From positions 1,792,001 to 1,856,000 of the forward strand of contig JASGHJ010000001.1 in NCBI GenBank assembly GCA_047602405.1: a stretch of DNA of 64,000 nt, written 5' to 3'. A program made the translations under genes and the position numbers. Shown here one piece after another: positions 9,956 through 19,329 of this stretch (the first letter of the stretch is position 1; every line of letters begins with the position of its first letter). The notes below the pieces were generated by a model. It saw only the letters and a list, made by a program, of their open reading frames with translations, did no database searches and was not told the origin of the DNA. Origin of the DNA: Anaeromyxobacteraceae bacterium. Lineage in GTDB: Bacteria; Myxococcota; Myxococcia; Myxococcales; Anaeromyxobacteraceae.

Positions 9956-10401
9956 GCGAGGCGTGGGTCGAGGAGGCCGCCCGGCTGCGCGCGGCGAGCC
10001 CCCGGCACGTGCTGTTCCTCTGCGTCGCGAACTCGGCCCGCAGCCAGATGGCCGAGGGCATCGCCCGCGCGCTCGCGCCCGCGGGCGTGAAGGTCTCCTC
10101 GGCGGGGTCGCGGCCCTCGAGGCTCAACCCGCTCGCGGTGACGGCGCTCGAGGAGGTCGGGATCGACATCTCCGGGCACCGCTCGAAGGCGGTGGACGAC
10201 ATCCCGCCGGGCGACGTGGACGCCGTGATCACGCTGTGCGCCGAGGAGGTCTGCCCGGTGTGGCTCGGGAAGGCCACGCGGCTGCACTGGGGGCTGCCGG
10301 ACCCGGCGCACGCCGGCAGCACCGAGGCGGAGCGGCTCCAGGCGTTCCGCGAGGTGAGGGACGAGCTCCGCCGCAGGCTCTCGGCGGTCTGGCCGGGCTG
10401 A
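9952..10401 (+). CDS. arsC: Thioredoxin-type arsenate reductase ArsC (LMW-PTP fold)
   Basis: TTG overlaps the acr3 stop (TTGA); [16 protein letters not shown]-loop, [10 protein letters not shown] resolving cysteines, HWGLPDPA. Confidence 0.9.
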   Translation: MSEAWVEEAARLRAASPRHVLFLCVANSARSQMAEGIARALAPAGVKVSSAGSRPSRLNPLAVTALEEVGIDISGHRSKAVDDIPPGDVDAVITLCAEEVCPVWLGKATRLHWGLPDPAHAGSTEAERLQAFREVRDELRRRLSAVWPG

Positions 10402-10413
10402 GGCCCGGCGGTC

Positions 10414-11106
10414 TCACCGCGGCCGGCGCACCGGCCACGCCGCGAGGGCGTCCCCCTTCGGGTGCTCGCCGACGGCGCCGGTCGCGGGGTCGATCGTGAT
10501 GGCGGTCGTGGAGCAGGGCTCGAGGCTCGACCACGCCGGCCCGCCGGGCGCCGCCAGGAACGCCGCGCCGGAGCCGACGAGCGCGAGGAGCTCCTGCTCG
10601 GACGGGAAGCCCCAGTCGCCGGGGCCGGAGCCGTCGGAGAGCCCGCACGCACCCGCGCCGAGCCGGGCCATCCAGTCCCGCGCGGCGAGGAACCCGACGT
10701 AGCCGCCGGGGCGCTCGACACCGCCGAGCGGCTCGGCGCACGCCGGGCTGCGCAGCCAGCGGAGCCCCGTGGCCACGTCCCGGAGCGTGCCGTCCCCGGC
10801 GTCGACGAGCGTCGCGGTCGCCGGCGGGGGCGGGGTGCCGGACACGCAGGCGCCGGCGCTCCAGCCGTACCCGGCGGCGCAGCCGAACGAGCACGGCTGC
10901 GCGGCGCAGGAGATGGTCAGGTACCGCGGCGTCTCCACCGCGGGGGGCCAGGCCTCGCTGCCGGGGCAGGGGACGGCGTGGTCGGGCGCGGCGCCGGTGC
11001 ACGCCGCGGTGACGGGGGGCGGCTCCTCCTGGCGGCGCACGGGCTCGGAGCGGTCCCAGCAGGCCGCGATCGCGAGGACCGGGAGGAGGAGGAGCGCGCG
11101 CTTCAC
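10414..11106 (-). CDS. Lipoprotein with Cys-rich segment and DUF1566/Lcl-like C-terminal domain
   Basis: Lipobox IAAC; DAGDGTLRDVATGLRW...DWGFPSEQEL...AWSS...WPVR resembles DUF1566. Confidence 0.7.
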   Translation of the reverse strand: MKRALLLLPVLAIAACWDRSEPVRRQEEPPPVTAACTGAAPDHAVPCPGSEAWPPAVETPRYLTISCAAQPCSFGCAAGYGWSAGACVSGTPPPPATATLVDAGDGTLRDVATGLRWLRSPACAEPLGGVERPGGYVGFLAARDWMARLGAGACGLSDGSGPGDWGFPSEQELLALVGSGAAFLAAPGGPAWSSLEPCSTTAITIDPATGAVGEHPKGDALAAWPVRRPR

Positions 11107-11178
11107 GCCCGGAGGATCCCACGGTCGCGAGGGCCCGGGAACGCGGCAAACCGCCCCGGGACCGGCCGTCGCGGTGGC

Positions 11179-11799
11179 TCAGCCGTTCACGAGCAGCCGC
11201 GAGACGAGCCCGCTCACCGTGCCGATGAGCATCCCCGCCGCGACGTCGAGCGGGTAGTGCGCGCCGAGGTAGACGCGCGAGAGGCCGATGGCCGTCGCGA
11301 GCAGGAGCGCCGCGGGCCCCAGGCCGTGCGGCTCGCTCGCCCAGGCGATGGCCACCGAGAACGCCGCCGCGGTGTGGCCCGACGGGAAGGAGAAGCGGTC
11401 CGGGTTCGAGGCGAGCGCCTCGAAGCCCACGATGGAGGCGTCCGGCCGGGCGCGGGTGAGGCTGCGCTTCAGCACCTGCACGAACCCGGTCGCGAGCAGC
11501 GTCGCCGCCCCGAGCCTCAGGCCGAGGTGGACGCCGGTCGTCGTGCGGGTGGCGAGCAGGGCGACACCGACGAACGTCCACGTCTTCGCGTCGCCCGCGT
11601 GCGTCAGGGTCCGCGCGAGCGCGGTGCGCCAGGGCCGGTGGAACCTGCGAAAGGCGAGGAGCAGGGCCTCGTCGAACGAGAGGATGCGAGCGAAGCGCCC
11701 CTGGCGCACCGCCACCGTCCCGCTCGCCGGGTCGACGGTGATCGACGCACCGCTGGCGTCGAGCTCGATCGTCGTCACGTTGTCCGGTCCCTGGCTCAT
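11179..11799 (-). CDS. PAP2-family phosphatase
   Basis: KRSLTRARP, SFPSGH, SRVYLGAHYPLDV catalytic motifs. Confidence 0.9.
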   Translation of the reverse strand: MSQGPDNVTTIELDASGASITVDPASGTVAVRQGRFARILSFDEALLLAFRRFHRPWRTALARTLTHAGDAKTWTFVGVALLATRTTTGVHLGLRLGAATLLATGFVQVLKRSLTRARPDASIVGFEALASNPDRFSFPSGHTAAAFSVAIAWASEPHGLGPAALLLATAIGLSRVYLGAHYPLDVAAGMLIGTVSGLVSRLLVNG

Positions 11800-11892
11800 C
11801 GGAGGAGAGCATGCCGGCGCGAGGTGACGCGCGCCCGGCTCGCATGCAACGATCAGGTGACGACCGCGGCGCCCTCCCGCAAGCCGTCCTCA

Positions 11893-11940
11893 CGGGGGTG
11901 CTCGGCGCACCCCCGCCCCGTGGAGGCGGCTCCACGGGGC
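11893..11940. terminator. Two adjacent GC-rich hairpins downstream of the ABC fusion gene
   Basis: CGGGGGTGC-TCGGC-GCACCCCCG and GCCCCGTGGAG-GCGG-CTCCACGGGGC; no U-tract. Confidence 0.4.
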
Positions 11941-11964
11941 CCCACCCCCGGCAGCTGGCCTACC

Positions 11965-13704
11965 TCACGGCCGGGCGGCCGGGGCCCCGCCGGCCGCCGC
12001 CTCGAGCGGCCCGGGGTCCACGAGCCCCTTCACGTCCCCGGCGGGCGCGAAGCCGAGGGCCTGGGCCTGGCGCGCCAGCTCGGTGAACCGCTCGGGCATC
12101 GGCGCCTCGAGCGGGTCGAGGCGCGAGAACGCATCGGCCGCGACGGCCTCCGCGAGCGGCTTCCCGGTGCGCCGCCCGTAGCCCGCGTTCGCGGCGCGGG
12201 CGAACGCGGCGGGGTCCTCCCGCCACCGCCGGGTGAGCGCGACGTGCGCGCCGAGGAAGGCCTCCACCTCGGCGCGCCGGCGCTCGAGGGCGCGCGTCGA
12301 GACCACGACCACGGCGGTCGGGAACCGCCCCTCGGGCCAGAGGGTGCGCTCGTCCACGAGGATCCGCCCGCCCGCCTCGGCGAGGAGCCTGGCCGCCCAC
12401 GGCTCCGGCACCCACGCTCCCCCGAGGTCCCCCCGGGCGAAGAGCCCCAGCGCGTCGGAGTTCGCGATGGGCGTCACCTCGACCGCGCCGGCGCCGCGCC
12501 CCACCGTCAGCCCGCGTGCGCCGAGCCAGGTGCGGAGGGCGACGTCCTGGGTGTTGCCGAGCTGGGGCGTCGCGACGCGGCGACCGCGGAGGTCCTCCGG
12601 CGCCTTCACGTCGGACCGGACCACGAGCGAGGCGCCGCCCGAGGCCGCGCCCGCGACGACGCGCAGCGCCTCCCCGCGCGAGCGGAGGTGCGCGACGATC
12701 GCCGGGCCCGGCCCCACGTAGGCCACGTCGAGCTCGCCCGCGAGCAGGGCCTCCATCTCGGCGGGCCCGGCGTTGAACATCTTGACCTCGAGCCCCGCAG
12801 GCAGCGCGCGCGAGAAGGTGCCGTCGTCGAGGCCGACGAGCGCCTGCGCGTGCGTCACGTTCGGGAAGTGCCCGACGCGCAGCGGCCCGCCCTCACGCCC
12901 GCGGTGACAGCCCGCCCCGGCGAGCGCGCCGACGGCGAGGAGGACGGCCGTCGCCTGCGCGAGCCCGTACCGGCGCCGCAGCCGGAGCTCCGCGATGCGG
13001 AACACGCCGCGGTCGATCACCACCCCCACGACGACGATCGCGACCATAACCGCCATCACGAGCGCGGGGTCGAGCAGCTCCCGGCCGGTCTGGAGGAGCT
13101 GCCCGAGGCCGCCCGCCACGAAGAGGAGCTCCCCGGCCATGAGCGCGCGCCAGGCGAAGCTCCAGCCGAGCTTCAGGCCCGTGAGCGTGCCGGGCAGCGC
13201 CGCGGGCAGGAGCACCCCGAGGTGGAAGCGCGCGCCCCGGATCCCGAGGGAGGCGGCCGCCTGGAGCAGCACCGGGCTCACGCCGAGGACCGCGTCCTCG
13301 GTCGCGATCGCGATGGCGAGCAGCGAGCCCATGAGCACGACGAAGACGATGGCCACCTCCGAGAGCCCGAACCAGAGGATCGCGAGCGGCAGCCAGCAGA
13401 TCGACGGCAGGGCCTGGAGCCCGACCACGAACGGGCGCAGCGCGGCCCGCACCAGCCTGCTCCGCGCGAGGATCACCCCGAGGGGCACGCCCAGCAGCGC
13501 CGAGAGGCCGTAGCCCTGGGCGAGCCGCAGGGACGACCGGCGCAGCGCCTCCGCGAGCCGGCCGTCCGAGGCGAGCTCGCCGATCCGCTCGCCGACGGCG
13601 AGCGGGCCCGGGAAGAGCCAGCGCGGCCAGGGGCCGAACCTAGAGAGGAGCTCCCAGGCGAGCAACATCGCCAGGGTCGCGAGCAGCGTCCGCCACCGGG
13701 CCAT
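11965..13704 (-). CDS. Fused ABC permease (SsuC/TauC-like) plus substrate-binding domain (SsuA-like)
   Basis: LQALPSICWLPLAILWFG and AWRALMAGEL permease motifs, then GHFPNVTHAQAL, FNAGP, YVGPGPA, PQLGNTQDVALR SBP motifs. Confidence 0.85.
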   Translation of the reverse strand: MARWRTLLATLAMLLAWELLSRFGPWPRWLFPGPLAVGERIGELASDGRLAEALRRSSLRLAQGYGLSALLGVPLGVILARSRLVRAALRPFVVGLQALPSICWLPLAILWFGLSEVAIVFVVLMGSLLAIAIATEDAVLGVSPVLLQAAASLGIRGARFHLGVLLPAALPGTLTGLKLGWSFAWRALMAGELLFVAGGLGQLLQTGRELLDPALVMAVMVAIVVVGVVIDRGVFRIAELRLRRRYGLAQATAVLLAVGALAGAGCHRGREGGPLRVGHFPNVTHAQALVGLDDGTFSRALPAGLEVKMFNAGPAEMEALLAGELDVAYVGPGPAIVAHLRSRGEALRVVAGAASGGASLVVRSDVKAPEDLRGRRVATPQLGNTQDVALRTWLGARGLTVGRGAGAVEVTPIANSDALGLFARGDLGGAWVPEPWAARLLAEAGGRILVDERTLWPEGRFPTAVVVVSTRALERRRAEVEAFLGAHVALTRRWREDPAAFARAANAGYGRRTGKPLAEAVAADAFSRLDPLEAPMPERFTELARQAQALGFAPAGDVKGLVDPGPLEAAAGGAPAARP

Positions 13705-14593
13705 CGGAGACCTCTCCTCCCGCTGCGCCTTCCGGCTCGCCCCGGTCCGCCTGGCGGAGCGCCTCGCGGATCCGCCGCGAGAGCTCGACGACCGCCTCGT
13801 CGTCCGGGTCGCGCGGGCGAGGGAGGTTCACGTCGAGATCGAAGAGGACGCGCCCGGGGCGCGCGGCCATCACCACCACCCGGTCGCCCAGCACGAGCGC
13901 CTCGCGCACGTCGTGCGTGACGAAGACGACGGTCTTCCGGTCGCGCCGCCAGATCTCCTGCAGGAGCTCCTGCATCTCGCCGCGGGTCTGCGCGTCGAGC
14001 GCGGCGAAGGGCTCGTCCATGAGCAGCACCGCGGGGTCGACCGCGAGCGCGCGCGCGAGCTGGACCCGCTGGCGCATGCCGCCCGAGAGCTCGTGCGGCA
14101 GCGCGCCCTCGAAGCCCGCGAGCTGGACGCGGGAGAGGAAGGTGCGGGCGCGCGCGAGCGCCTCGCCGCGCGGCACGCCGAGCGCGCGCAGCGGCTGGAG
14201 CAGGTTCTGGCGGACCGTGAGCCAGGGGAAGAGCGCCGGCTCCTGGAACACGAGGAGCCGCTCCGGCCCCGGGCCCTCGACGTTCACGCCGTCGATGGAG
14301 ATCCGGCCGCCGCTCGGCGTGAGGTGGCCCGCGAGCGCGTAGAGGAGCGTGGTCTTGCCGCAGCCGGACGGCCCGAGCAGGCACACGAACTCGCCGGCGT
14401 GGACCTCGATGTTCACGTCGCGCAGGGCCACGGTGCGCGCGAAGGCGTGGCCGACGGCGCGCACGTCGATCTTCGGCCGCCCCGTGCGGCGGCGCCGCGG
14501 CACGAGCAGGCCGTGCACGCGCCGGCCGTGCTCGGGTCCCTGGAGGAACGCGCGGAGGGCCCGGCGGAGCCGGACGAGGAAGGCCTGCCACAT
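13640..14593 (-). CDS. NitT/TauT/SsuB-family ABC ATPase
   Basis: GPSGCGKTT, FQEPALFPWLTV, LSGGMRQR, MDEPFAALDAQTR, VTHDVREA. Confidence 0.9.
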   Translation of the reverse strand: MWQAFLVRLRRALRAFLQGPEHGRRVHGLLVPRRRRTGRPKIDVRAVGHAFARTVALRDVNIEVHAGEFVCLLGPSGCGKTTLLYALAGHLTPSGGRISIDGVNVEGPGPERLLVFQEPALFPWLTVRQNLLQPLRALGVPRGEALARARTFLSRVQLAGFEGALPHELSGGMRQRVQLARALAVDPAVLLMDEPFAALDAQTRGEMQELLQEIWRRDRKTVVFVTHDVREALVLGDRVVVMAARPGRVLFDLDVNLPRPRDPDDEAVVELSRRIREALRQADRGEPEGAAGGEVSDGPVADAARDPGDVARLGAPL

Positions 14594-14644
14594 GCGGGCG
14601 CAAAGGTGGGGCCGCGGGAGCGCGGCGGCTCGCCTGCCTGGCCG

Positions 14645-15589
14645 CTACGGCCGGTGGTGCAGGAGCCGGCAGGCCACGCCGCCGATGCGGACCTCGAGCG
14701 CGCGCTCCGGCCGCCGGGGGAGCAGGCGCTCGAGCCCCCGATCGGCGCCGAGCACGACGAGATCCCAGCCGCCGAGCCGCGGCAGGAGCGCCGCGAGGGC
14801 CCGCCAGCCGTCGGCCGCGCCCTCGTCGAGGCGCAGCCCCCACGGAGGGTTCACGGCGCACAGGCCGGGCCCGCCGGGCGGCGGCACGACGGTGGCGGCG
14901 TCCGCGCGCGAGAAGGTGAGCTCCCGCGCGACCCCGGCGGCCTCGGCGTTCTTCATCGCGAGCCGGAGCGCGCCGGCGTTCCGGTCGGAGGCCGCGAGCA
15001 CCCCCACCGGGCGCCGGGTCCCGCCGGCGCGGAGCCGCGCGCGCACGTCGGCGGTGCGCGCGGCGTCGTGACCGGGCCAGCGCTCGAAGGCGAACTCCCG
15101 GTCGACGCCCGGGGCGATGCCGCAGGCGGCGAGCGCGGCCTCGATCGCGAGCGTGCCCGAACCACACATCGGGTCGAGGAACGGGCGCGTCCCGTCCCAG
15201 CCCGCCCAGCGCAGGATCGCGGCGGCCACGGTCTCGCGCAGCGGGGCCGCCCCGACGCGCGCGCGCCAGCCGCGCTTGTACAGCGGCGCGCCGGCCGCGT
15301 CGGCGGAGACGGTGGCCGGGGAGCCGGGCCGGACCTGGAGCTCCACGCCGGGGAGCCGGGCCGCGGCCTCGCGCTTCGCCCGCGGGAGCTCGCCCGCCGG
15401 CCCCTCCCAGAGCCGCAGCAGCACCGACTCGGCGGTCCGCGCCCCGAGGCACGCGACCGCCACCGCGTCCTCGCCCTCCGCCTCGGCGCCGCCGTCGACC
15501 GGCCGGGCGGCGAGCCCGAGCGCGCGGAGCTCGTCGGCGACGACGGGCTCGAGCCCGGGCATGGCCGCGCAGAAGATCCGTTCCTTCAC
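14645..15589 (-). CDS. RlmL-like (UPF0020) RNA methyltransferase with reduced THUMP region
   Basis: GTG 15589 with GAGG SD; PLYKRGWR, APLRETVAAA, LDPMCGSGTLAIEAA, NPPWG. Confidence 0.8.
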   Translation of the reverse strand: MKERIFCAAMPGLEPVVADELRALGLAARPVDGGAEAEGEDAVAVACLGARTAESVLLRLWEGPAGELPRAKREAAARLPGVELQVRPGSPATVSADAAGAPLYKRGWRARVGAAPLRETVAAAILRWAGWDGTRPFLDPMCGSGTLAIEAALAACGIAPGVDREFAFERWPGHDAARTADVRARLRAGGTRRPVGVLAASDRNAGALRLAMKNAEAAGVARELTFSRADAATVVPPPGGPGLCAVNPPWGLRLDEGAADGWRALAALLPRLGGWDLVVLGADRGLERLLPRRPERALEVRIGGVACRLLHHRP

Positions 15590-15643
15590 GGCATCCTCGG
15601 AGAATCCCACTCCACCGCTCGCTTCCCGTATCCTGTCGTCCGC

Positions 15644-16774
15644 ATGCAGATCGGCTTCGAGGCGAAGCGCATCTTCCACAACACGACCGGGCTCGGGAAC
15701 TACGCGCGCGACGTCGTGCGCGTCCTCGCGCGGTACGCACCGCAGCACCGATACCACGCCTACACGCCGCGCGCCGGCCGGCTGCACGCGGACCTCCAGG
15801 GGCTCCCGATCGACGTGCACGTCCCCACGGGCCCGCTCGGCCGGGCGCTGCCCGCGCTCTGGCGCACCCGCGGGGTCGTCGCCGACCTCGTCAGGGACGG
15901 CATCGACGTCTACCACGGCCTCTCGTTCGAGCTGCCGGTGGGGATCGAGCGCACGCGGATCGCGAAGGTGGTGACGGTCCCGGACCTCATCTTCGAGCAG
16001 AAGCCCGAGCTCTACGGCCGCATCGACCGGAGGATTTACCGGGCGAAGACGCAGAGCGCCTGCCGCCGGGCCGACCTCGTCGTGAGCATCTCGGCCGAGT
16101 CGGCCGGGTACATCACCGCGCTCTACGGCGTGCCCCGCGAGAAGATCCGGGTGGTCTTCCCCACCATCAACCGCGTGTTCCGCGCGCCGGTGCCGGACGC
16201 GCAGCTCCGCGAGGTGGCGGCCCGCCTCGGCACGCCGGCCCGGTTCATCGTGGCGGTCGGCACGATCGAGAAGCGGAAGAACCTCGCGGTCGCGGTGGAG
16301 GCCCTCGCCGGCCTCGACCCGGACGTGCACCTCCTCGCGGTGGGGCGACCCACGCCGTACGTGGACGAGCTGCGCGCCGTCGCCCGCCGCTCGGGCGTCG
16401 AGGCGCGCGTGCGGTTCCTGCACGGCCTGCCGACGCCGGACATGCTGGCGCTCCTCCACCTCGCGAAGGTGGCCGTCTACCCGTCGAAGCTCGAGGGCTT
16501 CGGGCTGCCGATCCTCGAGGCGCTCGCGGCGGGCACGCCGATGGTGACGACCCGGGGCGGGTGCTTCGAGGAGGCGGGCGGGGACGCCGCCGCGTACTCG
16601 GACCCGGACGATCCCGCCTCGGTGCGCGCCGCGCTCGCGGCCGTGCTCGGCGACGAGGGCCGCCGGCAGGCGATGATCGCGCGCGGGCACGCACACGCGG
16701 CGCGGTTCGAGGACGACGAGATCGCGCGGCAGCTGCTCGCCGTCTACGACGAGGCGCTGCGCCTGCGCCGGTAG
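15644..16774 (+). CDS. GT4 (group 1) glycosyltransferase
   Basis: MQIGFEAKRIFHNTTGLGNYAR start; VGTIEKRKN, YPSKLEGFGLPILEA. Confidence 0.9.
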   Translation: MQIGFEAKRIFHNTTGLGNYARDVVRVLARYAPQHRYHAYTPRAGRLHADLQGLPIDVHVPTGPLGRALPALWRTRGVVADLVRDGIDVYHGLSFELPVGIERTRIAKVVTVPDLIFEQKPELYGRIDRRIYRAKTQSACRRADLVVSISAESAGYITALYGVPREKIRVVFPTINRVFRAPVPDAQLREVAARLGTPARFIVAVGTIEKRKNLAVAVEALAGLDPDVHLLAVGRPTPYVDELRAVARRSGVEARVRFLHGLPTPDMLALLHLAKVAVYPSKLEGFGLPILEALAAGTPMVTTRGGCFEEAGGDAAAYSDPDDPASVRAALAAVLGDEGRRQAMIARGHAHAARFEDDEIARQLLAVYDEALRLRR

Positions 16775-17958
16775 GCGACGCGCAGCCAGAGCGCGCCGGC
16801 GAGCGCGGCGGCGGCGGGGGCGACCAGCACCGCGCGCCCGAGCGTACCGGCGTCGGCGAGCGCGCCGACCAGCACCGGGGCGGGCGCCTCGCCGCCGAGC
16901 CGCGCGGCGAGGAACGTGAGCGCGGCCACCGGCGCGGCGTCGGCGGGCGCGAGCCCCTCGAGCAGCGCGGCCGCGGCCGGCCGGGCGGCGGCGAAGAGGA
17001 GCGCGAGGCCCCCCACCAGCGCGGGGACATACTCGTGCGGCTTCGGCGAGATGAAGGCGGCCGCGAGGAGCGGCGCCGCGGCGAGCGCGCCGAGGCCGCC
17101 CACCACGAGGTCGGCCGCGGCGACGCCGCGGGCCCTGAGGACGCGGGCGGCGGCCGGGCCCGCGAGCGTGCCCGCGACGCCGGCCATGAGCGCGACCGCG
17201 GCGAGCTGGCCGGCGGCGATGGCGACCGGCACGCCGCGCCCCCGGGCGAAGAAGGCAGGGGCCCAGAACGCGAGGGCCGCGGCCGCGAAGGCGAGGGCGG
17301 TGAACCCGGTCACCATGAGGCGCCAGTCCGGGTCGGCCGCGAGGCGGCGCGCGACGGGGGCGACGCGGTCGGGGCCGAACGGGACGAAGGCGCCGTGGGG
17401 CTGGCAGGGATCGGGCTCGGCGTGCCGCAGCCACGCGATCGCCACCACCACGCCGCCCGCCGCGGCGGCGAAGAACCCGGCGCGCCAGCCCACCGTGGCG
17501 AGCGCGGTCGCGCCGAGCGCGAACCCGAGCGCGGCGCCGACGCCGAGGCGCACCGTGGTCCCGCCGCCGGGCCGGGGCAGGCACGCCGGCGCCAGCGACG
17601 CGCCGGCCGCGAGGCCGATGCCGGTCGCGCCGCGCGCGGCGAGGAGCGACGGGAAGTTCCGGGAGAGCCCGCACAGGAGCGCCCCGAGCGCCGCCAGCGC
17701 GACGCCGCCCGCGACGATCTTCGGGCGCGGAGCCCGGTGGCCGATCGCGAGCAGCGCCGGGCCCGCGAGCGCGAGCAGGAACGCCGAGACCGAGGCCACG
17801 AGGCCGAGCGTGGCGTCGTTCAGCCACAGCTCGAGCCGGAGCGACTCGACCGTCGCCGCGAGCATCGTGCGGTCGACGTGCGGGAGGATCGGCGCGAGGC
17901 CGAGCAGCGCGGCGGCGAGCGCACCGGGGGTGCGCGTGGTCGAGCCGGAGCCGGTCAC
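16744..17958 (-). CDS. MFS transporter (Spinster-like)
   Basis: Many hydrophobic segments; HVDR, LLAARGATGIG, GWRAGF. Confidence 0.75.
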   Translation of the reverse strand: MTGSGSTTRTPGALAAALLGLAPILPHVDRTMLAATVESLRLELWLNDATLGLVASVSAFLLALAGPALLAIGHRAPRPKIVAGGVALAALGALLCGLSRNFPSLLAARGATGIGLAAGASLAPACLPRPGGGTTVRLGVGAALGFALGATALATVGWRAGFFAAAAGGVVVAIAWLRHAEPDPCQPHGAFVPFGPDRVAPVARRLAADPDWRLMVTGFTALAFAAAALAFWAPAFFARGRGVPVAIAAGQLAAVALMAGVAGTLAGPAAARVLRARGVAAADLVVGGLGALAAAPLLAAAFISPKPHEYVPALVGGLALLFAAARPAAAALLEGLAPADAAPVAALTFLAARLGGEAPAPVLVGALADAGTLGRAVLVAPAAAALAGALWLRVAYRRRRSASS

Positions 17959-18048
17959 CGGGCCGACACAGTAGTCGGCCCCCCTGCCAGGGTCGAGGAG
18001 CTTCGCGCTACACCGCCGGGCGCCCCTTGGCTTCGGTGCTGTCGCACC

Positions 18049-19329
18049 TCAGAGCGCCAAGGGCAAGCTGCGCGACCGCGGCTTCGCGAAGAGCAGCTGC
18101 ACGTCCCCGTGGTACCGCTCCGCGAAGCCCGCCTCGCAGGAGGCGAGGTAGTAGGAGAAGGTGCGGAGGAACCGCTCGCTCTTCCCCTGCGCCCGCGCCT
18201 CGCTCCAGCGGGCCTCGAGCGCCTCCCGCCACGCGCGGAGCGTGGGCGCGTAGTGCGGGCCGAGCTCCTCGAGGTGGAAGAGCCGCAGGTCGGAGCTCCG
18301 CGAGGCGGCCTGGAGGAGCGCGGTCGTGGACGGGATGCAGGAGCCCGGGAAGACGGAGCGGTTGATGTGGTTCGGCTCGGTCTTCCAGGTCTCGAACCGG
18401 TGGTCGGGGATGGTGATCGCCTGGACGAGCGCGAGGCCGTCCGGGGTGAGGAGCCGCCCGACCTGGCCGAAGTAGGCCTCGTAGTACTCCCAGCCCACCG
18501 CCTCGATCATCTCGATCGACACGAGCCGGTCGTGCTGGCCCGAGAGCTCGCGGTAGTCGGAGAGGAGGAGCGTGATCCGGTCGGACAGCCCGGCCTCGGC
18601 GACGCGGCGGCTCGCGAACTCGTGCTGGCGGCGGGAGAGGGTGGTGGTGGTGACCTTCACGCCGTACTCGCGCGCGGCGTGCATCGCGAGCGCGCCCCAG
18701 CCGGTGCCGATCTCGAGGAGGTGCTGCCCGGGCCTGAGATCGAGCTTCCGGCAGATGCGGTCGATCTTCGCCACCTGGGCCTCGTGGAGCGTCATGTCGG
18801 GGCGCTCGTAGAGCGCGCACGAGTAGGTCATCGTGGGGTCGAGGAAGAGCTCGAAGAACTCGTTCCCGAGGTCGTAGTGCGCGGCGATGTTCTCGCGCGC
18901 GCCGGGGATGGTGTTCTTGCGGACCCGGTGGCGCAGGCGGTGCCAGAGCGCACCGACCTTCGCGAGGCCGGACTCGAAGGCGTCCGCGCCGTCGCCGGCG
19001 CCGAGCACGATGCGGATGGTGGCCGCGACGTCGTCGGCGTCCCACCAGCCGTCGGCGTACGCATCGGCGGCGCCGATCGTGCCGCCGAGCGCGAGCGCGG
19101 CCCACGCGCGCGGATCGCGGATGGTCACCGTCGCCTGGAGCGCGCCCGGCCCGCCGAAGACGTGCTGCCGCCCGCCCTCGGTGAGGTCGTTCACCGTGAG
19201 GCGGCCTTCCTCCAGGTGCGCGAGCCGGGAGAGCACCTGGTCGCGGACGAGGCGCGCGAAGCCGCGGGCGGGGAGGAGGGTGGGCGCGCGCTCGGGGAGC
19301 GCGAGGGTGGCGTTCTCGGCGGGGCTCAT
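18049..19329 (-). CDS. cfa: Cyclopropane-fatty-acyl-phospholipid synthase family methyltransferase (UfaM/CfaS-like)
   Basis: NIAAHYDLGNEFF, MTYSCA, LEIGTGWG, VSIEMIEAVG, YYLASCEAGF. Confidence 0.9.
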   Translation of the reverse strand: MSPAENATLALPERAPTLLPARGFARLVRDQVLSRLAHLEEGRLTVNDLTEGGRQHVFGGPGALQATVTIRDPRAWAALALGGTIGAADAYADGWWDADDVAATIRIVLGAGDGADAFESGLAKVGALWHRLRHRVRKNTIPGARENIAAHYDLGNEFFELFLDPTMTYSCALYERPDMTLHEAQVAKIDRICRKLDLRPGQHLLEIGTGWGALAMHAAREYGVKVTTTTLSRRQHEFASRRVAEAGLSDRITLLLSDYRELSGQHDRLVSIEMIEAVGWEYYEAYFGQVGRLLTPDGLALVQAITIPDHRFETWKTEPNHINRSVFPGSCIPSTTALLQAASRSSDLRLFHLEELGPHYAPTLRAWREALEARWSEARAQGKSERFLRTFSYYLASCEAGFAERYHGDVQLLFAKPRSRSLPLAL

